A program made the position numbers and the translations under genes. Positions 32,587 to 43,620 of a stretch of 64,000 nt of DNA are shown piece by piece. The stretch lies in NCBI GenBank assembly GCA_963925635.1, contig CAWUTT010000004.1, positions 6,133-70,132 of the forward strand, in the 5' to 3' direction. The notes under the pieces are model-generated. The model did no database searches. It was not told the DNA's origin and worked only from the letters and a program-made list of their open reading frames with translations. The DNA comes from an uncultured Pseudomonadales bacterium. GTDB lineage: Bacteria > Pseudomonadota > Gammaproteobacteria > Pseudomonadales > Balneatricaceae. The first letter of the stretch is position 1. Every line of letters starts with the position of its first letter.

Positions 32587-33450
32587 TTACTCCTCCACTA
32601 AAGGTAAACGCGTGCTGGCTAAACTCTGCTTAATGGTTTTTAAGTGTTCATGAAAATCTTCCCCGCGACGCAATATAACTCCAGTAGCCAGTACGTCGAT
32701 CAAGGTGAGCTGGATGGTACGAGATTGCATAGGCATATACACGTCGGTATCTTCTGGCGCCTCAACACCTAACACCAAAGTCGCTTGCTGGGCCAAAGGT
32801 GAACCGATGGCCGTCACTGCAATGACCACTGCACCTGCAGCACGACCAATGCGAGCCACCTCTACCATTTCTTTGGTGCGGCCAGTAAAGGACAATAGTA
32901 CCAACACATCACCCCGTTTGCAGGCCGCAGCCATCATGCGCATCATCAGCGAATCATTATGCGCCACAACCGGAATATTGAAACGAAAAAACTTGTGGAG
33001 CGCATCTTGAGCGACCGCACCTGAAGCACCCATGCCACAAAAACATATCTGCTGAGCTTGACTTAAGTAATCCACAGCTCGCTCAATAGCTTTGCTGTCA
33101 ACTTGCTGCCTGGCGGCATCTAAACTGACCATGGTACTGGTAAATATTTTGTCTGTGTATTGGGCTGCAGTGTCATTTTGATTGACACTTTGGCTCACAT
33201 AGGGCGTACCACGCGCCATACTTTGAGCCAGTTCTAATTTGAAGTCTGGGTAACCCTTAAGCCCAAAACTGCGACACATGCGATTAACCGTAGGTTCACT
33301 CACTTGAGCTAACTCTGCCAAAGCCGCAATACTCATGCGAGTTGCCGATTGCGGATCAGCCACAATCACTTGCACAACTTTACGCTCAGATCGATTGAGC
33401 TGCTCCTGCTGGGTAGATAGGCGTTGAAGTAAATTGCTGTTAATGGTCAT
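32587..33450 (-). CDS. hexR: RpiR-family regulator HexR
   Basis: HTH VSEPTVNR; SIS domain; PEDTDVYMPMQSR; divergent from zwf. Confidence 0.93.
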   Translation of the reverse strand: MTINSNLLQRLSTQQEQLNRSERKVVQVIVADPQSATRMSIAALAELAQVSEPTVNRMCRSFGLKGYPDFKLELAQSMARGTPYVSQSVNQNDTAAQYTDKIFTSTMVSLDAARQQVDSKAIERAVDYLSQAQQICFCGMGASGAVAQDALHKFFRFNIPVVAHNDSLMMRMMAAACKRGDVLVLLSFTGRTKEMVEVARIGRAAGAVVIAVTAIGSPLAQQATLVLGVEAPEDTDVYMPMQSRTIQLTLIDVLATGVILRRGEDFHEHLKTIKQSLASTRLPLVEE

Positions 33451-33484
33451 AGTAAGATCAGATTTAGGTGATTAATTAATATTA

Positions 33485-33504
33485 TGTCCGTAATATTACC
33501 AACA
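33485..33504. promoter_or_regulatory. Probable HexR operator (hexR/zwf)
   Basis: TGTCC-GTAATATTAC-CAACA palindrome; variant GTATTATTAC at 33542-33551; same core recurs at edd/gap. Confidence 0.7.
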
Positions 33505-33583
33505 TTTTATATATTTTTGTGACTTTTATTTAGATTTAAGAGTATTATTACCAGTCTAATTTACACAAAAGGGTTTTTTGAAC

Positions 33584-35089
33584 ATGTCAGACAGTCACTC
33601 GTTAGGTGAGCATACAACAGCGAACGGCCTATTAAGCCATAGTTTTGTATTGTTTGGCGCATTAGGTGATTTATCACTTCGCAAACTGATGCCTGCCCTC
33701 TACCAACTCGACCACGCTCAACTTTTGAGCGAAGACTTAAACATCATGGCTGTAGCTCGCAGCGTCCTAAGTATCGACCAACTAAAGCAGCGCATTGAGC
33801 ATACCCTAATCCAATACCTAGGCGCAGATCAACTGGACGCGCATTCATTGTCACGGTTTTTACAACGCCTAAACTACTGCCAAGTGGATCTTACCCAAGC
33901 GGCTGATTACATAGCACTGCAGCAAAAGCTGGTCTCTTGGCACCCTCAGATTACCTACTACCTAGCCACACCACCCGGCCTATATAGCGATATATGTCAG
34001 CACTTACACAGCGCTAATGCGATCAACCCACAGAGTCGCATTGTAGTGGAAAAACCCATCGGCCATGACCTTGCTTCATCAAAAGTGATCAACGACAAGC
34101 TGGCTTTATATTTTGCAGAACAACAGATTTTCCGCATCGACCACTATTTAGGTAAAGAAACCGTACAAAACTTGATTGCACTGCGCTTTGCCAACCCGCT
34201 ATTTGAGAACCAATGGAATCACCAATACATCGATTATGTAGAAATTAGTGTCGCCGAAGACGTAGGCATTGAGGGCCGATGGGGGTATTTTGATAAAGCG
34301 GGTCAAATGCGAGACATGGTTCAAAACCACCTGCTCCAACTACTTTGCATGGTGGCAATGGATCCACCGTCTCAACTTGATGCTAATAGTATCCGTGACG
34401 AAAAGGTCAAGGTATTACGCGCATTGCAGCCCATCGAACCAGCAAAAATAGCGACTCACCTAATATTGGGACAGTATACCGATGGCCAGTTTCAGCAACA
34501 GCCAGCGCCCGGTTACCTAAACGAAGACGACGCTAACACCAGCAGCGATACGGAAACATTTATTGCCCTGCGTGCAGATATTTCTAATTGGCGCTGGACT
34601 GGCACCCCTTTCTACTTGCGCACAGGCAAGCGCATGGCCAGCAAAGTCACAGAGATCATTATTCATTATAAATCCAACAGCCATTATATCTTTGACCCAG
34701 ATCAAGCCAACATTGCACAAAACCAACTTGTCATCCGGCTACAGCCTTATGAAGGTATTTCTTTACAGGTGCTGACCAAAGAACAAGGCATCGGTAAACA
34801 AATGCAGCTGCGCCGCGATCCGTTACATTTAGACTTTGCCCAAACCCAATCTGAAGCGCGTATTCCAGACGCTTATGAGCGGCTATTACTAGAAGCTCTC
34901 AAGGGCAACCAAAGCTTATTTGTACGCCGCGATGAGGTCGAGCTTGCGTGGCAGTGGTGCGACCAAGTGCGTCAAGCTTGGCACAGTGCCGAGCTTCCCC
35001 TTGAAGATTACCCTGCAGGAACTAATGGGCCACAACAGGCCTGCAACATGATAGAAACCCACGGACATCGATGGTATGAAGACTGCTAG
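33584..35089 (+). CDS. zwf: Glucose-6-phosphate 1-dehydrogenase
   Basis: FGALGDL, EKPIG, RIDHYLGKE, RDMVQNHL; start ATG 33584 or TTG 33578. Confidence 0.96.
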   Translation: MSDSHSLGEHTTANGLLSHSFVLFGALGDLSLRKLMPALYQLDHAQLLSEDLNIMAVARSVLSIDQLKQRIEHTLIQYLGADQLDAHSLSRFLQRLNYCQVDLTQAADYIALQQKLVSWHPQITYYLATPPGLYSDICQHLHSANAINPQSRIVVEKPIGHDLASSKVINDKLALYFAEQQIFRIDHYLGKETVQNLIALRFANPLFENQWNHQYIDYVEISVAEDVGIEGRWGYFDKAGQMRDMVQNHLLQLLCMVAMDPPSQLDANSIRDEKVKVLRALQPIEPAKIATHLILGQYTDGQFQQQPAPGYLNEDDANTSSDTETFIALRADISNWRWTGTPFYLRTGKRMASKVTEIIIHYKSNSHYIFDPDQANIAQNQLVIRLQPYEGISLQVLTKEQGIGKQMQLRRDPLHLDFAQTQSEARIPDAYERLLLEALKGNQSLFVRRDEVELAWQWCDQVRQAWHSAELPLEDYPAGTNGPQQACNMIETHGHRWYEDC

Positions 35090-35795
35090 ACCAGAATTTC
35101 TTGCACCCAACACACAATGGATCCACTGCGAAAACTCAACATTACTTGCACTTTCTTTGGCTCAAAAAATAGCCCAACAATTAGCCCAAGCGCTAGCTGT
35201 TCAGCCAAGAGCAAGCCTTGCAGTTTCCGGTGGCCGCACACCATTAGCCATGTTGAAACAGCTCAGCTTACAGCAGTTAGATTGGCATCGAGTGGACATT
35301 ACCCTGGCTGACGAACGCTGGGTAGACGAGCACAGCTCATTTAGTAATGCTGCGCTGCTGCGTTCAAGTTTATTGCAAAACAATGCCACGAGCGCCACTT
35401 TTTTTCCATTATTCAACCAACAAGGCAGTGCTCACTTGGGTCAAAAAGACTGCCAAACTGCCCTTGAAGGCATGCAATGGCCCCTGGACGTGTTGGTTCT
35501 GGGCATGGGAAATGATGGCCATACTGCCTCATTATTCCCCCATTGTCCCCACCTTGATGAGGCTTTGGCTGCGCCCCTATCACAACACTGCATTAGTACT
35601 CAGGCCCCCGTTGAACCCACCCAACGCATGTCTTTAACCGGACCTACCTTACTCAACGCTCGACACAAACACTTGCACATCGAGGGCCCAGAAAAGCAAC
35701 GGATTTTGCAACAGGCAATAACCCTAGCAGACCCTCTTAACATGCCTATTTTTGCAGTATTAGAAACCCCACTAACTATTCACTGGTGTCCATAA
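35076..35795 (+). CDS. pgl: 6-phosphogluconolactonase
   Basis: SGGRTP, ADERWV, GMGNDGHTASLFP. Confidence 0.94.
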   Translation: MKTARPEFLAPNTQWIHCENSTLLALSLAQKIAQQLAQALAVQPRASLAVSGGRTPLAMLKQLSLQQLDWHRVDITLADERWVDEHSSFSNAALLRSSLLQNNATSATFFPLFNQQGSAHLGQKDCQTALEGMQWPLDVLVLGMGNDGHTASLFPHCPHLDEALAAPLSQHCISTQAPVEPTQRMSLTGPTLLNARHKHLHIEGPEKQRILQQAITLADPLNMPIFAVLETPLTIHWCP

Positions 35796-36479
35796 ATGTC
35801 TTCAACCGACCAACGAGGCAGTAACCAAAGCCAACTCATGCGTGCCAATACTGCCCGTATAGACAGCATTTGTGAGAGTGCGCCGGTAATCCCTGTACTC
35901 ACGCTAGAAAACCCAGAGCAAGCCTTAGGCATTTGCAGTGCACTGGTTAAGGGTGGCCTCAATGTGTTAGAAATCACGCTGCGCAGCGAGTACGGCTTAA
36001 GCGCCATTAAACAACTCAAGCAGGCGCTACCCGAAGCCATTATTGGTGCTGGCACTGTACTTACACCAGAACAATATGAGGCCTGTGTTGCAGCCGGGGC
36101 TGATTTTATTGTGAGCCCAGGTTTTACCGCAGAACTTTTACTCCACGGCAGCCAAAGCGAAGTACCATTATTACCCGGCATCGCCAGTGTCAGCGAAGCC
36201 ATGGAAGCTATGGCATTAGGCTATCGACGGTTTAAACTCTTTCCTGCGGCAGTAGTGGGTGGTACTAGCTTTTTAAAGGCCATTGGAGGCCCTATTAGTG
36301 AACTCAAGTTTTGCCCAACGGGGGGCATTAAGCCAACGAATGCAGCAGACTACCTGGCCTTAAGTAACGTGATGTGTGTAGGGGGTACCTGGCTCACTCC
36401 AGCAGCGCTAGTGGAGCAAGGCGATTGGCAAGCAATAGAGGCATTAGCTAGACAGGCTGCTGAACTGGCAGCAACCTAG
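35796..36479 (+). CDS. eda: KDPG/KHG aldolase
   Basis: LEITLR, GAGTV, KLFPA, FCPTGGI. Confidence 0.95.
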   Translation: MSSTDQRGSNQSQLMRANTARIDSICESAPVIPVLTLENPEQALGICSALVKGGLNVLEITLRSEYGLSAIKQLKQALPEAIIGAGTVLTPEQYEACVAAGADFIVSPGFTAELLLHGSQSEVPLLPGIASVSEAMEAMALGYRRFKLFPAAVVGGTSFLKAIGGPISELKFCPTGGIKPTNAADYLALSNVMCVGGTWLTPAALVEQGDWQAIEALARQAAELAAT

Positions 36480-36482
36480 CCA

Positions 36483-38123
36483 CTAATCGCGAGAGTCCTT
36501 AAAATAATCAATCAAGGCATTGGTAGAGTCATCGTGAAGATGGCCTGCCTCGCCTTCAATTTCTTGTAAGATACCCTTAGCAAGGGTTTTGCCTAACTCA
36601 ACTCCCCATTGATCAAAAGAACACAGATCCCAAATGACTCCTTGGGCAAATATCTTGTGTTCATAGAGGGCAATTAGGGCCCCCAAGTTTCTTGGGTCTA
36701 CCTGTTTAAGCAACAAGGTGTTACTAGGTCGATTGCCTTGGTGAACCTTATGGGGCAACAGCTTTTCAATTGCCTGCGGATCTAAACCTTGAGCCTGCAA
36801 TTGACCTTCAACTTCTGCCGCATTGATACCATTCATTAAGGCTTCAGTCTGGGCAAAGAAATTGGCCATAAGGTTTTCATGATGACCTTTAACGGGAGTA
36901 GAACTCGCTAAAGAGCCAATAAAATCTGCTGGCACGATGACGTTACCCTGGTGCAACAATTGATAAAATGCATGCTGCCCGTCAATGCCTAACTGCCCCC
37001 AAACAACAGAGGCCGTGTGATAACCCACTGCATTACCTTGGCGGTCCACATGTTTACCATTACTCTCCATATCCGCCTGCTGAATATAGGCAGTAAAGGT
37101 AGATAAGGGTTGATCGTAAGGCAAGATGACATGACTTTGAGCCCCATGCAGCAGTCCATTCCAAATACTCACTAGAGCCATAACCGTAGGCATGTTTTCT
37201 GGTGCTGGCGCATCTCTAAAGTGACGATCCATGTCATGGGCGCCGGTTAACAACTCTTCGAACCTGTCAAACCCCAGATACAGCGCAATGGGCAAACCAA
37301 TGGCCGACCAAATAGAATATCGACCACCCACCCAATCCCACATAGAGAACATAAACTCTCTATCAATACCAAAGTCTTGCACCGCTTCAGTGTTGGATGA
37401 TACGGCCACAAAGTGGTGTTGTACTGCGCGCTCATCAAAAGCCGACGCCATGAGCCAATTGCGTGCCGTTTGAGCATTGGTCATGGTTTCACTGGTGGTA
37501 AAGGTTTTAGATGCCACCACAAACAAGACTTGCTCAGCCTTAAGTGGGCGTAAAATTTCAGCAATTTCCACACCATCTACATTAGAAATAAAGTGCACTC
37601 GAATGGTCGAATCTGCGTACGAACGTAACGCCTGAGTGACCATTTTAGGGCCTAAATTAGACCCCCCAATACCAATATTAACTACATCAGTAATACGCTT
37701 ACCCGAGTAACCATGCCACTCACCACTGCGCACTTTTTCAACAAAGCCGCGCATATGGGCTAATTCTTTATTGATCAAATCCATCACGTTGATGTGATCA
37801 ACGTACACCGGCGCGTTACTGCGGTTACGCAGAGCTGTATGTAATACCGCACGATCTTCGGTGGTATTAATTTTCTCACCTCGGTACATACGCTCTATGG
37901 AAGCAGCTAAGTCCATGTCTTCAGCCAAACCAAATAATGCCTGCATGATTTCAGGGGTTAGACAATTCTTGGAGTAGTCCAGCAATAGGTTAGGTAATTG
38001 GATAGAGTAAGTGTTAAACCGATTACCCTCACGAGCAAACAATTCTCGCAGGTGCGTGCTGCGGTATTGCACTGCCAGTTGCTGCAAGTTTTTCCAGTGT
38101 TCGGATTTTTCAAGTTGTAACAT
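36483..38123 (-). CDS. pgi: Glucose-6-phosphate isomerase
   Basis: GIGGSNLG, SKTFTTSET, WVGGRYS, FDQWGVELGK; start moved to MLQLEK. Confidence 0.96.
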   Translation of the reverse strand: MLQLEKSEHWKNLQQLAVQYRSTHLRELFAREGNRFNTYSIQLPNLLLDYSKNCLTPEIMQALFGLAEDMDLAASIERMYRGEKINTTEDRAVLHTALRNRSNAPVYVDHINVMDLINKELAHMRGFVEKVRSGEWHGYSGKRITDVVNIGIGGSNLGPKMVTQALRSYADSTIRVHFISNVDGVEIAEILRPLKAEQVLFVVASKTFTTSETMTNAQTARNWLMASAFDERAVQHHFVAVSSNTEAVQDFGIDREFMFSMWDWVGGRYSIWSAIGLPIALYLGFDRFEELLTGAHDMDRHFRDAPAPENMPTVMALVSIWNGLLHGAQSHVILPYDQPLSTFTAYIQQADMESNGKHVDRQGNAVGYHTASVVWGQLGIDGQHAFYQLLHQGNVIVPADFIGSLASSTPVKGHHENLMANFFAQTEALMNGINAAEVEGQLQAQGLDPQAIEKLLPHKVHQGNRPSNTLLLKQVDPRNLGALIALYEHKIFAQGVIWDLCSFDQWGVELGKTLAKGILQEIEGEAGHLHDDSTNALIDYFKDSRD

Positions 38124-38124
38124 C

Positions 38125-39090
38125 TTAGCGTCCTGATTCATGTTGTAAAGCGATGGCTGCACCTTGCAAGCCTGGTTGCTCAGCCGTACAAAGGAAAATA
38201 GGGATCTGCTGCAAATAGGTCGAGGTCCGGCCCTTGTCAATGAAACTCTGATTGAACGTGCTCGCTAAAAGAAAGTCATACATGCGTGGTAAAATGCCAC
38301 CCGTCAAATAAACCCCACCCACTGCACCAAACATCAAAGCACCGTTAGCCACAGCATTACCCAGCATGTCACAAAAAATATGTAACGTTTGTTGCGCCAA
38401 GTCGTCAGGTGTTGCCAGCTGAGCTTGCTGTAAAATGTCAGCAGGGCTTGTTAGGCGCGGCGCAGTGGCGTTGGTGTGAGCCACCGCAGCATATAGATCC
38501 ATCATACCTGAACCCGATAACAAACGTTCCGTTGAGACATGGCCATACTGGCGCCACATGAAAGCCAGTATTTCGGACTGCAGCTGATTGGCTGGTGCAA
38601 AGCTCACATGACCACCCTCACCCATGACGGGTAACCAGCCCTGATCATGGGCAATCAATCCTGCAACACCTATGCCAGTACCGGGACCCATCACCAGTCG
38701 ATTACCCCGAGCTTCACTTTGGCCCGGCTTCACAAGCAATAGTTGCTCAGGGGTAATCTCTGACATCGCCCAAGCTTGGGCGGTAAAGTCATTAACCCAC
38801 AGGGTCTCAACTTTAAGGGCAGCATTGACTTGGGCTTTGTTAACCCGCCAATGATTGTTAGCCAGGGAAAATTCTGGTAGATGCACGGTACCTGCTATAG
38901 CAATACAAGCTTTGCTAATTAAACCCACCGCGTTGGCACTGGCGAGGTAATCCGCCACAGCGGTTTGTAAGTTGGGGTAATCTGCACAGGCTAACACCTT
39001 AATACGCAGCAGTTCTGGCGAACTGCCGTGTGTTAAAGCAAAACGAGCATTGGTGGCACCAATGTCGGCGACTAGGTCATATTTAGACAT
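38125..39090 (-). CDS. glk: Glucokinase
   Basis: ADIGATNARFA, NDF, GPGTGIG, EGGH, ERLLSG; start moved to MSKYDL. Confidence 0.94.
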   Translation of the reverse strand: MSKYDLVADIGATNARFALTHGSSPELLRIKVLACADYPNLQTAVADYLASANAVGLISKACIAIAGTVHLPEFSLANNHWRVNKAQVNAALKVETLWVNDFTAQAWAMSEITPEQLLLVKPGQSEARGNRLVMGPGTGIGVAGLIAHDQGWLPVMGEGGHVSFAPANQLQSEILAFMWRQYGHVSTERLLSGSGMMDLYAAVAHTNATAPRLTSPADILQQAQLATPDDLAQQTLHIFCDMLGNAVANGALMFGAVGGVYLTGGILPRMYDFLLASTFNQSFIDKGRTSTYLQQIPIFLCTAEQPGLQGAAIALQHESGR

Positions 39091-39123
39091 AGGTATTAAT
39101 TTCTCTTGTAGTGCAGCACCCAT

Positions 39124-40938
39124 TTAGGAACAAACACTTGCTCCCAGTTCAGCGCTAGTCACCTGCTGCCGCAAGTTGGATAACAATTCTCGGCCCATGC
39201 CGTATGTCTCCGTCTGCGCCTGCTGAGCCGCCGGTCTAGCTTGTAGAACGTGATCATCTACTAATAATTCTAAGCTCCCATTATGGCAGTCTAGGCGCAA
39301 TAAATCCCCATTTTCTATCTTACTGATTAAGCCGCCTGCTTTAGCCTCTGGATGAAGATGTATAGCAGCCGGTACTTTGCCCGACGCACCCGACATACGA
39401 CCATCAGTGACTAGGGCCACGTTAAAGCCTCGATCTTGCAAGACCCCCAGATAGGGTGTCAATTTATGTAATTCTGGCATACCGCAGGCTTGAGGGCCTT
39501 GAAAGCGCAGCACTGCAATAAGGTCGCGTTCCAATTCCCCGCGTTTAAACGCCTCTTCAAAGCCTGCTTGTGAATCAAACACGATAGCCTTGGCCTCAAC
39601 GAGCCAGTGTTCTGGTTTAACGGCAGACACCTTGGCCACACTGCGGCCTAAATTACCCTGCAAAGTCACCATGCCCCCAGTTTTTGAAAAGGGTGCAGAG
39701 ACGCTGGTCAGCACTTCAAGGTCAGCACTATGTTCTGGTGCCGGTTGCCAAACTAACTTACCCGACAGTAATTTTGGTTCCTGACAGTATTGGTTTAAGC
39801 CATGGCCCATAATGGTTTCCACGTCTTCATGCAGGAAGCCCCCATGTAAAAGGGTTTTAATTAAATAGGGTACACCACCCGCACTATGGAAAACGTTAAT
39901 GTCGGCTTGTCCATTGGGATAGATGCGCGTCAAACTGGGCACTACGCTAGACAGCACAGCAAAGTCATCCCAGTTAATAATAATGCCTGCAGCCTTGGCA
40001 ATGGCAATCAGGTGTATGGTGTGGTTGGTAGAACCGCCAGTAGCCAACAAAGCCACTATGGCATTCACCATGGTTTTTTCAGAAACGATTTGAGCCATAT
40101 TCTGCTGCTGCGAAGAATGGGTTAATCTAACGGCTTGCTGGGCTGCATAACGGGTTAATGCGTCGCGGAACTCACCATCAGGAGGTACAAACGAAGCCCC
40201 TGGTAGATGCAAGCCCATGACTTCCATTAATAATTGGTTACTATTCGCTGTGCCATAAAATGTGCATGTGCCGGCACTATGATAAGACTCAGATTCGCAT
40301 GCCAATAATTCATCACGACCCACTTTACCTTCGGCATACAGTTGACGGATGCGCGCCTTTTCCGGATTAGGCAAACCCGAAGACATTGGCCCTGCTGGTA
40401 TAAACACAACGGGAAGGTGACCAAAGCTCAGTGCACCTATTAATAAACCAGGGACAATTTTGTCACACACACCTAGACACAATATTGCATCAAACATGTT
40501 GTGAGACAATGCCACAGCCGTCGACATGGCAATAATATCTCGACTAAATAAGCTCAACTCCATGCCTGGCTGGCCTTGAGTAACGCCATCACACATGGCT
40601 GGCACTCCCCCAGCAAACTGGGCCACACTGCCCATTTCCCTCACCGCCTGCTTAATAATTTGAGGAAAACGCTCAAAAGGCTGATGCGCTGAAAGCATAT
40701 CGTTATAGGACGAGACAATAGCCACGTTGACCTCGTCCATCATGGTTAAACGGTCTTTATCAGGTTGAGGGCACGCTGCAAATCCGTGGGCCAAATTACC
40801 ACACGAAAGGTTAGAGCGACTCACTATGGTGCCTTTAGCGGCATCAATGCGCTGCAAGTAATCACCCCGGGATGCACGACTACGCTCAATAATTGCTTGG
40901 GTTACCTGCGCGACTTTACTGTGCATGACACCATTCAT
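39124..40938 (-). CDS. edd: 6-phosphogluconate dehydratase
   Basis: [32 protein letters not shown]. Confidence 0.96.
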   Translation of the reverse strand: MNGVMHSKVAQVTQAIIERSRASRGDYLQRIDAAKGTIVSRSNLSCGNLAHGFAACPQPDKDRLTMMDEVNVAIVSSYNDMLSAHQPFERFPQIIKQAVREMGSVAQFAGGVPAMCDGVTQGQPGMELSLFSRDIIAMSTAVALSHNMFDAILCLGVCDKIVPGLLIGALSFGHLPVVFIPAGPMSSGLPNPEKARIRQLYAEGKVGRDELLACESESYHSAGTCTFYGTANSNQLLMEVMGLHLPGASFVPPDGEFRDALTRYAAQQAVRLTHSSQQQNMAQIVSEKTMVNAIVALLATGGSTNHTIHLIAIAKAAGIIINWDDFAVLSSVVPSLTRIYPNGQADINVFHSAGGVPYLIKTLLHGGFLHEDVETIMGHGLNQYCQEPKLLSGKLVWQPAPEHSADLEVLTSVSAPFSKTGGMVTLQGNLGRSVAKVSAVKPEHWLVEAKAIVFDSQAGFEEAFKRGELERDLIAVLRFQGPQACGMPELHKLTPYLGVLQDRGFNVALVTDGRMSGASGKVPAAIHLHPEAKAGGLISKIENGDLLRLDCHNGSLELLVDDHVLQARPAAQQAQTETYGMGRELLSNLRQQVTSAELGASVCS

Positions 40939-41037
40939 AATAAATTCCCTTCTTACTTAACTTTATTACGTAATATTAACAAATATATGCCCTATCTGGA
41001 ACACAAATAAATCAATTTAATTGATTTAGTGCAATAA

Positions 41038-41056
41038 TGTTAGTAATATTACTACA
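41038..41056. promoter_or_regulatory. Probable HexR operator (edd/gap)
   Basis: TGTTA-GTAATATTAC-TACA; variant GTAATATTAA at 40970-40979. Confidence 0.7.
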
Positions 41057-41076
41057 AAATAAGTTGGGAGAATTAC

Positions 41077-42096
41077 ATGAGCATCCGCATCGCTATCAAC
41101 GGCTTTGGCCGCATTGGCCGCAACATCGTCCGCGCTATTTATGAGAACGGCCCCACTAATTATCAACAGGATTTTGAGATTGTTGCCATCAATGACCTAG
41201 GCAGCCCACAAATCAACGCCCATTTACTGCAGTTTGACAGCGTCCATGGCCGCTTTAATGGCCAAGTGGAGCACGATGATGAGTATTTATACATCAATCA
41301 AGACAAGGTTAAACTTTTCCAACAAAGGGACCCAAGGCAACTTCCCTGGAAGGCATTAAACATAGATATAGTGCTTGAATGCACTGGCTTATTTACCCAT
41401 CGCAAAGATGCCCAAGCCCATATCGATGCCGGTGCACACAAGGTATTAATCTCTGCCCCCGGACAAGAGTTAGACGCCACTATTGTTTACGGTGTCAATG
41501 AGCATACGCTCACGGGACAAGAGCGCATCATCTCCAACGCCTCTTGCACCACTAACTGCCTTGCGCCACTGGCTAAAATACTGGATCAAGCGGTGGGCAT
41601 CAAGCAAGGACAAATGACCACCATTCACGCCTATACCAACGATCAGTTACTGACCGATGGCATGCATAGCGATTTATACCGAGCTCGCTCTGCTACCAGC
41701 TCCATGATTCCCACCAAAACGGGCGCGGCAGCGGCGGTTGGTTTGGTCTTACCTCAACTCAATGGCCGCTTAGATGGTATGGCCATTCGCGTCCCCACCA
41801 TTAATGTTTCACTGGTTGATCTTACTTTTGTGGCCAGCAAAGAAACGAGCACCAAAGACATTAACCTCTATGTCAAAGAGGCTATTACTAACGACCCTCA
41901 ACTTAACTATATTATGGACTACGTGAGCCAACCCTTAGTGTCTATCGATTTTAACCATAGTGCTAAGTCTTGTAGTTTTGATGCTAATCACACTCGAGCT
42001 CAAGGCAGTTTGGTTAAAGTAATGGCTTGGTATGACAATGAATGGGGCTTTAGCAATAGAATGCTGGACACTAGCCTAGCCCTAATGCAACATTAA
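41077..42096 (+). CDS. gap: Type I glyceraldehyde-3-phosphate dehydrogenase
   Basis: [25 protein letters not shown]. Confidence 0.93.
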   Translation: MSIRIAINGFGRIGRNIVRAIYENGPTNYQQDFEIVAINDLGSPQINAHLLQFDSVHGRFNGQVEHDDEYLYINQDKVKLFQQRDPRQLPWKALNIDIVLECTGLFTHRKDAQAHIDAGAHKVLISAPGQELDATIVYGVNEHTLTGQERIISNASCTTNCLAPLAKILDQAVGIKQGQMTTIHAYTNDQLLTDGMHSDLYRARSATSSMIPTKTGAAAAVGLVLPQLNGRLDGMAIRVPTINVSLVDLTFVASKETSTKDINLYVKEAITNDPQLNYIMDYVSQPLVSIDFNHSAKSCSFDANHTRAQGSLVKVMAWYDNEWGFSNRMLDTSLALMQH

Positions 42097-42157
42097 CCCC
42101 TAGCTGACATACAACAGCTGAAGCACCCCTCATTACCAAGCAATAGAGTTTTATATT

Positions 42158-43606
42158 ATGCAATTACGACGTACTAAAATTGTCGCTACTTTAGGCCCTG
42201 CCACGAGTAGCCCAGAAGTTCTCAAAAGTATTATTGCAGCGGGTACCGACGTCGTAAGGCTTAATTTTTCGCACGGCAGTCCAGCGGATCATAAACAACG
42301 AGCCGAAACAGTGCTCCAAGCCGCCAAAGAAGTCGGCCGCCACGTTGCCTTACTGGCAGATTTACAAGGCCCTAAAGTTCGCGTCGCTCGCTTTACCAAC
42401 AACAAGGTACAGTTACACGAAGGTCAGGATTTTTTACTAGACCCTTCTATGGACCTAGAATCGGGCACTGAAAAGGCCGTGGGTTTGGACTTTCCTGAAT
42501 TAGGCAAAGACCTCCATGCCGATGACATTCTACTGTTAGATGATGGACGCATAGTGCTTAAGGTGCTGCGCGTAAGCGAAGATAAAGTATATACTCGAGT
42601 TGAAATCGGTGGCCCATTATCAAACAATAAAGGCATCAACTTACAAGGTGGTGGTTTATCTGCACCGGCATTAACAGATAAAGACCGTGCCGACCTCATT
42701 ACTGCTGCAGAAATTGGCGTAGACTACATCGCCATTTCCTTCGTGCGCAATGCAGAAGACATGCATGAAGCAAGAGCCTTACTTGAGCAAGCCAACAGCA
42801 AAGCCAGCTTAATTGCCAAAATAGAGCGCGCCGAAGCCATAGACCCGATCATCCTTGAAGGCATTATTGAAGCCTCTGAAGGAGTCATGGTGGCCCGAGG
42901 GGACCTCGCTGTAGAAATTGGTGATGCTCTGTTAGTCGGTGTGCAAAAAGACATTATTAAGCACACACGCCGTCTTAACCGTATCGTTATTACCGCCACA
43001 CAAATGATGGAATCTATGATCACCAGCCCCATGCCTACCCGTGCAGAGGTATCTGACGTGGCCAACGCCGTAATGGACGGCACTGATGCAGTCATGCTGT
43101 CGGCTGAAACTGCAGTGGGCGACTTCCCAGCTCAGACCGTAGAGGCCATGGCAAGAGTTTGCTTAGGTGCCGAGCAACACAGGAACGCTTACCGATCATC
43201 ACATCGGCTTGATATAACGGTGCACAGTATTGACGAAAGCGTGGCTTTGAGCGCCATGTATGCAGCCAATCACCTTGAAGGCGTGAAAGCCATTATCTGT
43301 ATGACCCAGACGGGCAAAACACCCCTACTGATGTCACGCATACGCTCAGGCATCCCCATCTTTGCCTTTACCCCTCAAGCCGAAACACAGCGTCGAGTAT
43401 GCCTATACCGGGGAGTGATTACTCACCCCTTCGATTCCGAAGTATTAGATAACTCGGAGGTCAACCATATTGCCGTGGAGCAACTTAGAGAATTAGGCGT
43501 CGTTGAAGACGGTGATATTGTACTGATTACCAAAGGCGATTATGTGAAAGCCCACGGCGGCACGAATACGCTAAAGGTAGTGCGCGTGGGCAATCGTATT
43601 CAGTAA
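42158..43606 (+). CDS. pyk: Pyruvate kinase (PykA type)
   Basis: RRTKIVATLGP, MVARGDL, DAVMLSAETA. Confidence 0.95.
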   Translation: MQLRRTKIVATLGPATSSPEVLKSIIAAGTDVVRLNFSHGSPADHKQRAETVLQAAKEVGRHVALLADLQGPKVRVARFTNNKVQLHEGQDFLLDPSMDLESGTEKAVGLDFPELGKDLHADDILLLDDGRIVLKVLRVSEDKVYTRVEIGGPLSNNKGINLQGGGLSAPALTDKDRADLITAAEIGVDYIAISFVRNAEDMHEARALLEQANSKASLIAKIERAEAIDPIILEGIIEASEGVMVARGDLAVEIGDALLVGVQKDIIKHTRRLNRIVITATQMMESMITSPMPTRAEVSDVANAVMDGTDAVMLSAETAVGDFPAQTVEAMARVCLGAEQHRNAYRSSHRLDITVHSIDESVALSAMYAANHLEGVKAIICMTQTGKTPLLMSRIRSGIPIFAFTPQAETQRRVCLYRGVITHPFDSEVLDNSEVNHIAVEQLRELGVVEDGDIVLITKGDYVKAHGGTNTLKVVRVGNRIQ

Positions 43607-43620
43607 CACCTGGGCCTATA

